A DNA stretch of 64,000 bases from Sphaerodactylus townsendi (lineage: Eukaryota). Below the pieces are notes generated by a model. It searched no databases. It was given only the letters and a program-made list of their open reading frames with translations, and was not told the origin of the DNA. This document shows, one piece after another, positions 11,696 to 25,540 of this stretch (positions are counted from its first letter, which is position 1; each line of letters begins with the position of its first letter). Position numbers and translations under genes: made by a program. The stretch is from positions 70,308,001 through 70,372,000 of the forward strand of contig NC_059427.1 of the NCBI RefSeq assembly GCF_021028975.2, written 5' to 3'.

Positions 11696-12588
11696 CAAGG
11701 ATGTAGGTAAGGGGGGGTTGTCGGGTTCAACCCCCCCATTACATTTCCGAAGCTCCGCCCCGCATTTGTGGTTTTTTTGTATTTTAAAGTGTTTTTTCGG
11801 TTTTTGGCCTGCAGGGGGCGCAGTTCTTAGGCTAGCAGCACCAAAATTTGTTGGGAGACTCTCCTGATGATACCACCCACTTTTGGTGAGGTTTGGTTCA
11901 GGGGGTGCAAAGTTATGTTTCCAATGGGAGCTAATAGGAGGTGGGGGCTACACATTTGAGGTTCCATAACTTTGGACCCCCTGAACCAAACTTCACTAAA
12001 CCAAGGTGGTATCATCAGGAGAGTATCCTAAAGATACCCTGAAAGTTTGGTGCTGCTAGCTTAACAATTGTACCCCTGACAGCAGGCACCCCTCAAAATT
12101 CCCCAGATTCTCCTTTTAAATCTACCCCCTTCGGCATAGATTTCCGGGTGGGGGATAATCCACCCCAAAACATCACCACTTTCAGTGTTGTTTTAACTGG
12201 GGACCCCAGATTCTCCCTTTAAGGTGGATTTAAAAAGAGAATCTGGGTTCCATAGTTTAAACACCATTGAAAGTGATGATGGTTGGGAGTGGATTCCACC
12301 ATCACAGTGGCTGCCCATGGGGCACAAAACTCAGATTTTGCACCGGGCTCCATTTTTCCTAGCTACGCCTCTACTCAGAGGGGAGGGCAGAAGGGACTGC
12401 CAGCTGAGAGCCCAGCCTGGGGGGGGCGGGGGGACAGAGCAGGGGAGTCTGCCATCCCTGGCCTCAGAGAGCTGCTTTTATAAGCATTGAGGCTGGGGGT
12501 GAGGCTTGGGGAGGCGTGGCCATGCCCCCAGGGTGGGTGGGGCCCTGCCCCCAACCCCCCCCCCATTAAAAATATACCTATGTCTCTG
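11696..12588. mobile_element. hAT-like non-autonomous DNA transposon
   Basis: Imperfect TIRs CAAGGATGTAGGTA / TACCTATGTCTCTG, 8-bp TSD CCTCATAT (11688-11695) / CCTCCTAT (12589-12596), and internal inverted segments. Confidence 0.8.
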
Positions 12589-13034
12589 CCTCCTATATCT
12601 CCACAACAAAAGGTGGTAGAGTCTTGCTTTTTAAAACTCAAAGCTGGGAATTAACTCATCACACATAGTGTTATATCAACATATCAATATTCATTTGTTC
12701 ATTTTTAAAAAGCCTCCTGTTAGGGTTGGAAGAAAATGACTGCTGTGGGGAATACTGCTGCCATGTGTGAAGCATAACACATTGTTTTTACTCTCTGTAT
12801 GCCCAAAAGTGACATCAGCATATAATGGGATGCTCTGGTATTTGGGCAAAATAGTTTTGCCCTAATGCTAAAGCATCTCCCAGCGACACACTGACATCAA
12901 TTCTAGGCACAAGTAGAATGACATCAGCACATCACTGGCCATGTCATTACTCTGCCAGCAATGGCCACCACAAATGGTAAGTAATCCCGCCAGTTGCCAG
13001 GCCTTCCTGGCAACCAGTGGCTGCTTTCCAGAGG

Positions 13035-13358
13035 CAGGGGTTGCAATCTGCATGCCTAACACAATGACATCACTTCTGAGTTGACATAGAAGTGCCAGCA
13101 TCACACAGGGGACGCTCTAGCACTCTCCTAAAAATGCTATGCTTCCCATGGAGTTTTGGGGGAGAGTGCTAGAGTGTTCCCCAGCGCAATGCTGGTGCTT
13201 CCGCATCAAATTAGATATGACAGCATTGCACTATGTGTGCAAATCACTCCTCCCCTTCTACTGGCTTGCTTCTGCACTCCATGCAGTTGAGGGTTGATGG
13301 GCAGCTGTATAAATTGGTGGCCAATTGCCTGTTATTAATAGGCAACTGGGAACCCTAA
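13035..13358. mobile_element. Palindromic MITE (AGGGTTGC...-type termini)
   Basis: About 70-bp internal inverted arms (13064-13135 vs ~13152-13227). Related sequences occur at ~9590-9770, ~10090-10380 and ~12720-13015. Confidence 0.6.
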
Positions 13359-16300
13359 CCCATCCCCTGATTCAGGTCAAAGACACACATGCACTTACAG
13401 GTTTATTTTCTCTTTCAACATTTAAAGGGATACACCACAACTACTTGCATGACTATATGTGCCAGCAACCCATTAGTTTACACCATTAATAAAAATAAGT
13501 TGAAATGATGTTTCCTACAGATGAGATATCGTGTACCACATGCACACTCTTTGTGTGGCAGGAAACAGGAATGTGCAAAAGCCCCCCTCATTTTGATCAA
13601 GAGATCAAGAAAAAAAATCAGATCTTGGCAAATGTAGATTGGTTTGGAGCCTGTCCTTTTTCCTGCCATTTGTGGACTTTCATTCCTAAGTTTAAGCAGA
13701 GAAAGGCTCTTCAAATAAACAAACATTTCCAAAATACTTAGCTGTCAACTTTTTTTAAAAGGCCTTTCAGAATCAGTGAGAGATATACTCCAGCTGTTCC
13801 CCATGAATAGATACTAATTCAAAGGGCAGGGCAAGCATTTCTGCATTCAGCCTGTAGAAGGGTAGGGATGGACAGATAGTACAAAACTGGTTTGTTAACA
13901 TTTCTGTGCATGCTGTTACCAGGATCAGCATTTTAGCATTCATTATACACATGGGGGATTAAGTCAATTGTTGCTGAATACTGGGCAGTGCCACAGACTA
14001 CAGTGAATACAGTTATGCTTTAAAAACCCATCGTTTCCCTATTTTCCACTCATTTGGAAGACTTCAGTCAGGGAACAAAAGCATTATTTTGGCAGGCTAT
14101 ATGCCCAACAATTAAAAATGTAGTTAAGGATAGTCCTATCAGCCAAAATACCATGAACACAAGTTCAGCTAAACTGTGAGATATCATCGCAGACAGCTGA
14201 TTTCCAACCGGGTAATACAAATGTTGGGGGTGTGGCTTAGTGGCATCAGCCTTGGATGCCACATCTCATGTTCAATCCCTGGTATCGCTGAGGATCAGGT
14301 CAATAACTTCAGAGACCTGTACCTGAGACTGGAGAGCTGCTGCCAGTAAGGGAAGACAATAGTGATGTTGACAGACCAATGGATTTATATAACACTGCTT
14401 CATATGTCAGGGGGTATTTTTCAAACCTTAAACTCCACTGAGAGTCAGCTGTGAGCACCAGTGTGCTGTAACAGCAGGGGAGTACTGCCCAGGGGGACAT
14501 ATGGGATCAAATGTCCCTGGGCTGCGGCCATTTAGTCACATGGGGATAGAAAATCGCCCCCCCTCCTCCTTCCCCCCAGGTCCATACACTGACTTCAAGA
14601 CCTGGTGCAAAAAAAAGTTGTTTGGCTGTAGTGAGGGAGGGTGGCTGTCCATACCGGGGGGGGGGGGGGGCACACAGATTTTGCACCAGGCTACATGTTT
14701 CCTAGTGTAATATTAAATGTAACATTTTATGTAACATTTACTTCTGTGTAATATTTAACATGTCAGACCAGGTTAGAGTGTCAGATCCCCACTGTGCCTT
14801 AAAGCTCATTTACCAGCTACAGCCCAATCCTCTGCCTATTTACTAAGAAGTAAGCTCTGCTGTTTTCAGTGGGGTTGATTCCCATCATATGTAATTATTA
14901 ATAGGCCTTAGCAACCTGGGGTCAGTTACTATCTCTCAAGCTGAGAGAGAAATTCTTGAATGAATCTGCTCAGAATCCGGCTCAGTTTTATTCAGTGGTG
15001 CTTACTTTGAGGAAAATGTTGCCTTATGGGACTGTTGTGAGGATATAATGGGGAACCTGGGAAGAGAACCATGTTTGCTTCTCACAACTATGTGGTGAAA
15101 GAACAGGACAAAAAATATAATACATAGAATTCTTATGCCATTTAGAAGAGGATGAAGGATTTGAAAACTTCTATTTCAATTCGGCAAATGGAAGGCTTGT
15201 ACTGGCACTCGGGCTAGGATCCTGAGCTCTGGGTTGGGAAATACCTGGAGGTTTTGCGGGGGGCGGCGCCAGCAGGGATGGTGATGGAGTCTGGAGAGGG
15301 CGGGGTTTGGTGATGGGAAGGGCATCATCAATGTTATCGAATCTATCTTCCAAAGCAACATTTTATACAGGGGAACTGATCTCTGCCACCTGGAGACCCC
15401 AGATATAATTTCAGGAAATCTCCACCCACCATTGGAGACTGGCATCCCTGACTCAGACCCATTATTTCAGTGGATGTAAACTGGTCTAACTCTGTGAAGG
15501 ACTGTTACCAATTGTCTTCTTATTCTTTAGTAGATGTAAGCTAATTGGCTTTGGTCACACAGTCAATAAACAAAGACAATCAAGATAATTTCAAATGCAC
15601 AGTTGTCTACATGGAGCCGTGAAGCATGGCAGAAGTTCCTTTGTTTTGAAACAAATATTTACAAGTTATACCAATCAAGATCTAGCATACTTTTTTTCTC
15701 GCAAGAAGGTATGCTCTTCCCCCAGTCTTATTGCTTTACTAAGTTTGCATGATCTAATGCAGAGTGACATATAGGTTCCAATGGAAAATAAACAACTTGT
15801 GCAGATGCTGAATAATCTGAATGTTTAAAAGCTGATTTTTCCCATGTTTCACAGCAGTTGTCCCCCCATGAATACTAAACACGTATATATAGCCTTATAA
15901 TACCCATCCAGAGAACTATATTACTAGGACAGATCTGGCAACAAAACAAATTGAGAGACTCTGGTTAAACTATAATACAAAAAAAATACAAAGTAAATCC
16001 AGAAATTTTAATACTGGGCTATAGAGCTATAGATAATTAAGCAGAGCATTTACAACGATTTGTGAAGACTTCCCAAAAGCCCCAAAGGCCAAAAGAAATG
16101 GAAAAAGTTAAGCATAACAACTAGAGCAACATTAGGAATCTCCATCAATGCTTCCAGTTCATTAGGAACCATTAAAAGAAAATAAACAGTTTGTGCTTGA
16201 GCATATAAAGGTTGTCAAATGTTAACTTTTCCATTCTTTAAGACCTTGCTGTTTTTGCGGTTGTAGATAACAAGGCTACTTGTTTGGGATTTGTCCCTTT

Positions 16301-16512
16301 CAGTTTAAACTCAATTTATTTGCTAGATGGGATAACAAGCTTAGTAGATAAAGGGAATAGACTTAGCAGTGTATCTTGCATTAGGTGAGGCCTTTTGGAG
16401 ACTGGATGTCTTTGGGAGTTAGTAATGGGATTACACTGCTTTTCGGCTCTTGGTTGTCACTTCCAGATGACCTCAGGGACAGGGTGATTAACACCTGCTC
16501 CTGCCTACAAGG

Positions 16513-16722
16513 CAGGGGGCATGGCTCAATGGGAGAGCATCTGCTTGGCATGCAGTTGAATCTCCCAGTTGAATCTCCAGTATCTCCAATTAGAAGGACT
16601 GGGCAATGGGTGATGTGAAGAAACTCAGCCTGACACCCTGGAGAGCCCCTGCCAGTCTGAGTAGGCAACACTGACCTTGATGTACCAAGGGGTTGATTCA
16701 GTAAAAGGCAGCTTCATGTATT
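16513..16722 (+). mobile_element. tRNA-derived SINE
   Basis: Head GGGGCATGGCTCAATGGGAGAGCATCTGCTTGGCATGCAG and tail AGTAAAAGGCAGCTTCATGT. Related copies at ~14230-14405, ~25020-25170 (-) and ~31470-31650. Confidence 0.7.
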
Positions 16723-17307
16723 TATACACATGTACTGAGGTCCTGCATGGCTGACAATAATAGTTGGGTGAACTGGAGCTCACTGGAGCCCTTTCTGCCA
16801 ATTAAGGAGAAAAAAGCCAAGAAAAAGATAGAGATGCTCATATTTACATTATTTGAGTCTTTCTTTTGGACAGATTTCATGTACTAAAATTATACACTGA
16901 TGCCACTTTAGTCACTGGCTCTTCAGAACTTTGCGGCCTTGCCAAGAGACTTTAAACTGGGTTTTAGTAGTGTTGTATCATATATGTTGACAACCTAGAT
17001 GCCTATAAGAGTCATCCTAACCAGAGCTATATCTTAAGGTCCTGAAGCCAAGGGACTTAAGAGGGTAGAACTCTGCTTAGCGTGGCACTAGTGTCCCTTT
17101 GGAACCTTCATGGCCACACTGTCAATACCTTCATTACAATATGGACAATTTTTACCTTTATGCTTGATACATCTTCAGCTTTAAAACTTCTTTTTGTTGC
17201 TTTCTCCCTTTAGCTATCACATCCCTTTAACCTGGCCATTTTTCATCATTTTTTCTCTCAACTTTAGTTGGAAATGATACCCATAATTTCTTGCTTCCTC
17301 CTCCCCA

Positions 17308-17800
17308 AAATTTATTTTATTTTATTTATTTATTTATGGGTTTTATATACCGCTCTACCCCCGGCGGGCTCTGAGTGGTGTACAACATAACTTCCTCTAC
17401 ACGGTGTACAACAACCCATACAAACAACCCCATTAAAATTAAATTAAGCATAGCAATAAGATTAAAATTAAATTAAAACACAGCGATAAGATTAACACAG
17501 ATGGCGTCATGCAGTAACCCCAATTAAAACCCTCCCAGAGAGGGGGGAAGCAAAACAAAAAAGTGGGTCCCGTAGATGACAATGGGAACTCCGGACCGGA
17601 GGAATAAAAGGGGGAGCACTCTCAGTGACTGGACACTCCAAAAGCCCGGCGGAACAACTCAGTCTTACAGGCCCTGCGGAATTCGCCAAGATCCCGCAGG
17701 GCCCACACAGCTGGAGGGAGAGTGTTCCACCAGGCAGGGGCCAGGGCTGAAAAGGCCCTGGCCCGAGTGGAGGCCAGTCGCATCATTGAGGGGTCAGGAA
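17308..17800 (-). mobile_element. L2-like LINE 3' fragment
   Basis: Minus ORF RLASTRARAFSALAPAWWNTLPPAVWALRDLGEFRRACKTELFRRAF is an L2 ORF2 C-terminus, followed by a 3' UTR and (AAAT)n tail. Confidence 0.88.
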
Positions 17801-20800
17801 CCATGCAATTCATTCTCAAAGGCTCACTACATTGTTTTTTTAATTAAATGCATAGCTTATTATATTTTTACACACCAGGATGAGAAACAGGTTCATAAGA
17901 TGAATGCCATTTCTATTTTAGAGACATGTCCCTGAGGTTGTCAGGCAGATAACTGCTCAACAAATCTGTGACTGATTTGAGATTTGAACCCAGATCTCTC
18001 AGATGTTATGTTATACAACAAGCATGGAAAAGAAAATGGATGATAAATAATAGTCACTTTACACTTTAGGGAGAAGTTAAGCACATGTTTCCAAAGTCAT
18101 GGATATGCAGTAAGTAGCCTTACCCAGCATTTGCTTCCTTAGCACCTGTACATTATACTAGTAGAGATGTCTTTTGAAACACATGTTTGTTGTCTTCACA
18201 TTTTATGTTATTAGCATGTTTTATGTAGCTACCTTGATTTCTAACTTCTCCTTTATGTTACATCAGGATCACCTGAAATATTCCATTTCTGTGAACCAAA
18301 TCCAGACTGGAAGGCACATACAGAAGCAGTCAGACCACACCATCCTAAGCAGAGTTACACCCTTCTAAACCTGTTGACATCAATTAATTTAGAAGGGCAT
18401 AATTCAGCTTAGGACGGTATCATCAGATACTTTCCCACAACTTATATCATTAGAGACATGTCAAATTCTGACCCAGCACTACCATGTTTCCAGACTGCCC
18501 TGTCCATGGGGCCTTTAGAGCTTAGCACCAGTTTAGGTCCACCCCAATAGCAGCTTCCTTCTTGCTATCCCTTAAGATCACCAAATATTTACTAGGAACA
18601 CGATAAAAAACATTATACATTATTTCAGTTCACATCATGTTCTCTGGGGTATCCCTGAAAAGAGAGAAAGAGACTGTAACACATTAGGAGCCAGGTTAAT
18701 TTAAGACCACCAACTTGCTGTGCTGAAGCTCCAAACCCCACTGCCAGTAATGACTCCCTGTCCTATTGACCGGAAGGTGAAAGGTTCCGTCTCCTGTTCC
18801 CAGTCCCTTGGGCCAGTTGTCCCCCCCCCCCCCCCCATGGAGTGATTCTGCCATAGTCACATTTTGATGCAATTTCACTTCAGCTGATGCATAGGTGGAT
18901 AATACTGGAGCAGTGAATAATTTGCACAGTGAGGCAAACAAATTCCTACTTAATGTTAACAGCTCATTCCCACAGCAGTTGTGATCGATCCTCTTTCAGC
19001 GCTTTAAACCATTCCTGTCACTGCATTATTGATTTCCTGATGCATCCTTTCCAAGTGGCTAGCTCCCCTTGTTCTGCATGGTGATAAGGGAGACTGGATC
19101 TCTCTGAGCAGAGAGATGGCATAAATTTTAACCAACTGGAGAAGTCAATGAAGGGCTCTGAGGCTCTGATTTTAAATGGGCCAAAGTAGACATTTGGAGA
19201 TCCACTAATAAATCTTCTGAGCATTTTGATTTGTAAATAACAGCTAGAGAATTCCCTCTGTGGATCCATAACATGGGGAGAGGGAGGTTTGACTCTTCCC
19301 TATGTTCTGTTTTTTTCCATCCATAAATGCTCCCATTAAGCTGCTATTTGCCATAGTGGAAACTGTCTATATATTTTCCCCTCTGGGGCAAAAAGCTGTT
19401 CTACAGGCTGTTGAAATTTATATGGGGAAAAAAGTTTACAGTGCATTCCTATGCTTCTATACCCATTGTCTGCAATGGACTGAAAAGGATGTAAATCTGT
19501 TTATGATTGCACTATAAACTTCTGATCCCTACCCTCAGCTGCTATTTACCTAAAACAAATGAGTTTATATGTCCCAATGTCTTATTGTAGTTTGGCCAAG
19601 CCAATGGAAACTTCATTGTAAATTTCAGCTTCACATCGGAACACAAAAAGTTAGCACAACCCAGGTTTATCATCCAAAATCAGTTAACTGTGTTACCATT
19701 TGCACATGATGTGACTTTCTATGGAGTCACAACATTTTTCTGTCTAGTCCAGTAGGGCGTGATCTGGCAGCTACCCATATCTCAGGTTGAAATCTTTCCT
19801 GCCTAAAATCCTTTCAGCTGAAGTGGCCCAGTTTTGAGCCAGGCAATACTGGTGTAAAAAGCACTTGTCCTACCTCTGAGGTCTTTCTCAACTGTGCAAA
19901 CAGAGCTTCTTTTTAAGTAGAAATGAACCTAGGTCTTATGGATGCAAATCATATGCTCTGACACGGTCTCGCTTCCTCACTGACATTTCCGTCCCACTTG
20001 GAAAATTCAACTTAGTTCACCCCTTGTTTTGCTTTCATACTTTGAAGACTTTGTTCCCCAGCAACAGATCATACAAAACTAGCACTTCCCAACTGCTTTG
20101 AATGAACCAAATAGCATGCAGATTAACAAGTATTTGCAGGCACAGAATTACAGTGCTTTCAGGTTTGAAAAGGCATAAAAGAAACAAAAAGTTGTGCAAA
20201 CAGCCTCAGTCCTACCCAGACAAATCTGGCTGAACTTTACCTACAGTTTAGAAATGAATCAGGTTCAGTCCTAAGAAGGTCTGAATGTCAGTGAGTGTTA
20301 CCTATGTGCACATTAACAGTGAACTGGATGATAGGACTGAACAACACATCCACGGCTTGATTGTAACCAGCAGGAAGCCTGTCTAAACCTCTTTTGAGTT
20401 CTCAGCTTTATTCAACAATGCTCTGTACCACACAGCCCAAAAAAGATGTCTGTGGGACATCTTTTGCCTCTTTTCATGACACACATCTAAAATAAGACGT
20501 TTGGGGGACATCTTTTAAAAAGGCAGCTTCTGGTGTGCTTTTCAGACCGCAAAGGTGTCGGAGGAGGAAAAAGGTTGTTTCCCACCTGACTATTTTGCTC
20601 TCTGGTCAGTTTCACCCTCAGCTTGTGCCCAACATTTTGTGTGAAGGGATTCTCCCTGCCACCATTTGTTGAAAGTTGCCCCAGAAGTTTGTTCTGCAGA
20701 CTCCAATCCTGGCTGCCTTTTCAGTCCAAAAAGTACATGGTTGCACACAGGTGGTCCTGCTGATTCCAGCAGTATATAGTTTCCCTGTTTGTTTTAAATT

Positions 20801-23800
20801 TTGAGGAGCTATCTACACAGCTTCACAAACACAAATAAGATAATCTTAGCTGCTCAAAAGACCCATCTACCTTCTTTGGGTTGCATTGCCCTCCACACAA
20901 TGAATTACTGCACAATAATTCTATTGTGGATGAGACCTTCCAAAAAAGAAGAATATCTTCCCATTCACATGATGTGCAAAAGTGCTTTGACTACAATCTT
21001 CCCAAAAAGATCATATCAAACTAGTAAAATAGAAGAGCTAGAAAGTGGATTTTAGATGATGATGTCTTCTGGTTATTCTCAAAAAATCCTACTCCAGTTT
21101 GGATGGCAAACTGGAGCCAAATTTCTATGTGAAAGCAGCCAGAACAATGCAAAGTATCAGATAAATACCCTCATTTCCTGTCTTCCCTCCCAATCAAAAC
21201 ACAAAAGAAAAATACAAGACACTGAAGGGTAATGCTGATCTCAAGGCACACACTATGAGACTACATCACTTTGCACCCAGGTGCATGGAACACATGCATA
21301 ACACAGAGCACATGCATAAAGATTCTGATAATGAGGCACTTTGCCCAAATAAACACCCCCTAGCAAACCAAACAAGTATCTTAATCCATAATATTAACAT
21401 TATTCATAGGAGAATTCCAGAGGAATAGATCAAAGGCCAACCTGTCGAAAGGTCTTCTGGGGACATTTCCTATGAGTAGACAAGCACTAAAGCTTGGATT
21501 ATCAAAGGCACATAATAGGCTAGTTGCCAGAATCTCACAGAAAATTAACAAGAACTGTCTTTTAATGCAAGGTTTGGAAACTCCCCACCTAAAAGATACA
21601 GGTAGAGAGAAGGTTTGGAAACACACACCCCCCCCCATCCTGATGAGAGAATCCAAGTTAGGCTTTATTCCATTTGATTCCTACCTACAAAGATTCACTG
21701 CATCTGCACAAGCCTCTGGGTTTAAAAAACCCCTGTCAATCAAACAAGACTAATTAATGTAAAGCTATTTTCAAAACTATATTAAAGCAAAATATTTCAG
21801 GTGTTACCAGCTCACTCATAAATATGTTAACATGGAAGTATTTCAGAGTCAAGTGGAACTTACCTCTTCATAAGCATGTTTAGAATAGCAGCCCCCACAC
21901 ACCCCTTTTCCCCAGAGCAATGCAATCTTTTACAGTCTGTTTCACAATTCCAATATTAAATGACTAACATTCATATCTCACAAAGTTTACCATTTCATGT
22001 GAATCTGCAGATGAGCTGTGCTTATGTTTTAATATCAAAATTGTGCCCTTGAATGTTATTTTAACTCTCAATAACACTGTTTAGTAATTTCCATATGAAG
22101 TCTCATAGCCATAAAAGTGACAGGAGTTATAACAATAAAAGTGATATTGACTTTGCCATTGGTATTTTTGAAATAAGGTACCAGTCATGGTCCTGTAAAC
22201 AGTTCATATCAGGCATGAGAAGGAAACTTAGTCTTCCTGTAGAATAAGGAGGATAGAGTGTTCTTTCACTGCCAAAGCCTACTAAAGGAGAGCATCTCAG
22301 AAGTCTGTATCTGGGCACACCCTACACATCTTCAATAGTTAGATGGAAAGGAGAAATATTAGTCCTATATCCACCAAGTATACAGATTTATTGCAAGAGT
22401 TCTGTTGTAGTCTTACATGCTGAGATTTCCCAGTACATTAAGTACATTGGTTGTAAACCACAGTGCAAATTATAGCTGCTGAACCATGTCTTTTTAAAAT
22501 GATTATTCTGTTCATTTTTATCACCAAGAATGGAAGTAGACCATGTTCAAAGGGTGGCACAGAAACAAGATCAACCTTCTTTTCTACCACCCAACATAGT
22601 ACAGTTTGCAAGTTCTGTCGACCAAACCCAGACATCCATGTAAACAAGGAAATAGATTGTTTACACAGCAATACAGGGAAAGTATCCCTACTAGGAACTT
22701 GATTGAGGCTACCGTAATAACCTGCTGTTGTTTTTCTGCGTGGCATCCTGAACAGTAACACTTGAGCTGAGAAGACACCAGCAACCCAGCTGGTATAAAT
22801 AGATGTTCTTCCCCACCTCATCCTTCCTTGGGAAGCCCGGATTGGCTGTGAATGAAGAGATTTCAGGATGCTGCTATCATTTTCCCATTGCTGAACACTT
22901 TCCTCCTATGCCCATGTTTCCATCCCAGCCCTGAGGGTGGGAAGTAGAGCAGAAGGGCTTTGACAGACAGCGCTGCAACCGAGAACTACAGCATGTCAAG
23001 TCTTAGGACTGCATTTCTAACTTTGGAAGATTTTCCTACATATATCAGTTCTAGGCAGTGGAAAAGTAACACTGAAGGAAAATTTGTTCTCCAGCAGAAA
23101 TGGCTGTTTGTGTGGAATTAAAGCAGAAAGTTTGGGGGGGGGGGGGGAGGGCCCAGAACACTGGGATTACAAGGACTCCCTTGGGGGGAAAAGTTCTACC
23201 GCTTGGAGGAATGGAAAGATCCTGACCTTCTCTAGTGGCATTTAGCCAGCAACCTTCAGATTTGCCAAACTCATCATCCACATTCCCAACACACACAATT
23301 TTAACTTGATAGAGACTTGTGACATTTGCAGTGAGATGGATCTTGTACTCTTGGGTGGGAATAAGCTTCACGAGCCATAGAAAATTGTACTTTCCAAACA
23401 TGTGGCGTAATTATGTGTACTCTGGTCACACAGCCATTTCCATGCAATGCCACTGAGGCTAATAAAGAGCTGCTAGAGAACAGTAGATGAGGGGTTCTAA
23501 TTATGATTCAGCAGCAATAGGCTGGGTGTTCAAACTGAGTGTAAGCATAGACACTGATGTATGCAGAATAATAGCCTAGGAGCTGGCTGCAGCAGGAAGT
23601 AAGGGGGGAAGCAGTTCATAGCTCTCTGGGTGTTCCATTCTTGTATTGCCTTTGCAGAGATTCTGCACCACTATCCATTTGCTCATCCAGGACTACTTCC
23701 ACATAAGAATTCCCCCATGTGGAACAAAAATTACTGCAGATTTGGGGGGAACTGCTGAGAATCATATGTGAAACACCTGGGACTTTCCTCTTTTGCTTTG

Positions 23801-25324
23801 ACATAAAGGAGGAACAGGTCAGCTGTACACAGAGCATGTTACTAGATGCTTCACCTGTAGCAAATTCAGGGAGCAGACTCAGCAGAGCAGAGCTAAGCTG
23901 TGCTAACCTAAACCCTGAATTCTGCTCTCCCTACTTTCATAAGCATTTGGCTAGTTCTCACATGAGCTGCAACACAGCTATGAAGGCTTACCATAGAGTT
24001 TGGGAGGTATCCTAGAATGAACTGACTTATAGTGAGGTCTCTTCTAGATTTGTGCTAACATTGATGTTGCGTCATCAGTGTGGTGATTCCTTTCCCATTC
24101 CCCACCACCACCACTGTCCTGCTGAGTAGTACCGTAGCAGGGGCAGTAGGTAAATGGCTGGCAGGAGTTCTGTCATAGCAGAAAATGTGGAATCATACCT
24201 CCAGTCCATTTGCTGCTGCTTCCAAAGAGGGAGTGTTTTTCCTTTCTTCCTGTGGAAACCATCCAAGAGAGCTTCTTTACTGGCAGCACTGCCCTGCCAG
24301 TGCTCTCTTGGCAAACACAACCTCATCAAATGATGATCCACTAACTCCAATAGGAGCTGCCATGCTTGGCCATGTCAAAATCTATTTAATTCAATGTTAT
24401 ATAATCTCAGTGGCAAATATGAGATGTTGCACCACCTATGCTTTCCTGAAACAGTGTTGAATTATTATAATTTGTCTTGATATATAAACATGGACTTCAT
24501 AACACCCCTTTGACACTGTATTGGCAATGTTCTCCTTATGAAGTTGCCATTAAAGGACTAGAAGATCATCAGGTCAAGTTTAAATAATTTGAGCAGTTGA
24601 ACATTTAATGTTGGAACTACGGAATCATCACTAATATCAAAACATCCAGCTTAGCACTTTTTGGACACTAGCAGAACTGATAAAACAGTGTTAATAACTT
24701 GCAGAATGTTGAGGGGAGGATTCAGTCTCACTTTTATTTCATATACAACATCTCGAAGGACTATGGTGCTAAAACTGTACTGCACCCCTCAGAACCAGAA
24801 GGTGGCAAATGGCAGACCCCCAAACTCCTGATTTTTCACAATTGCCAGCACTGAAATGATCTAGATATCTGGCTGAATGTAGCACTCTCTGCTTCCTGCC
24901 CTATGGACTTGTCTCAGGACAAATTCCAGGCCATCTGTGTCCAATCTGAAGTAAATCTGGTGGCAACTCCAATTGGGCCTTTAGGTCCCAGTGTGCTACA
25001 GAGATGAGCAGTGAATATAAGAAGCTGCTTTATACTGAGTCAGACATTGGTTGGCTTCCATGACTGGCAAAAGCTCTGTAGAATATCCTGTTGTTCATAA
25101 AACTGAAGGTTTCTGGGTCTGAATCTGGTACCTTTAGGACTCAAAGCACACGTTTTAACACTGAGGCACAACCCCTTCCTTATGGGCTGGCACAAAAGGC
25201 CCAATACTCACAGGGTACAACAGCTGCAAAGATCTGAGACCCCCAAGAACTGTTGCACACTGCACAAAGTTGAAGTTATACCAAGCTCACTGTGAATACC
25301 CCTACAGCGAATAATATTTTAATT

Positions 25325-25540
25325 GATTATTTTTCTTTTACACACTGCCTTTCTCCCCAGTGGGGACCCAAAGAGGTTTTTTTCATTCTCCTCTCCTCCA
25401 TTTTTCCCCTCACAATAACCATGCAAGGTAGGTTAGGTTGAGAATGTGTGACCCAGCCAAAGTCACCCAGTAAACTTCCATGAGTGGGGATTCGAACCTG
25501 AGTTGCCCAAATCCTAGACCATCACTCTAGCTGCTGTATT
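25325..25540 (-). mobile_element. tRNA-derived SINE (older copy)
   Basis: GGGATTCGAACCTG (B-box on the minus strand) and a body similar to the Squam3/MIR-like copies. Confidence 0.7.
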
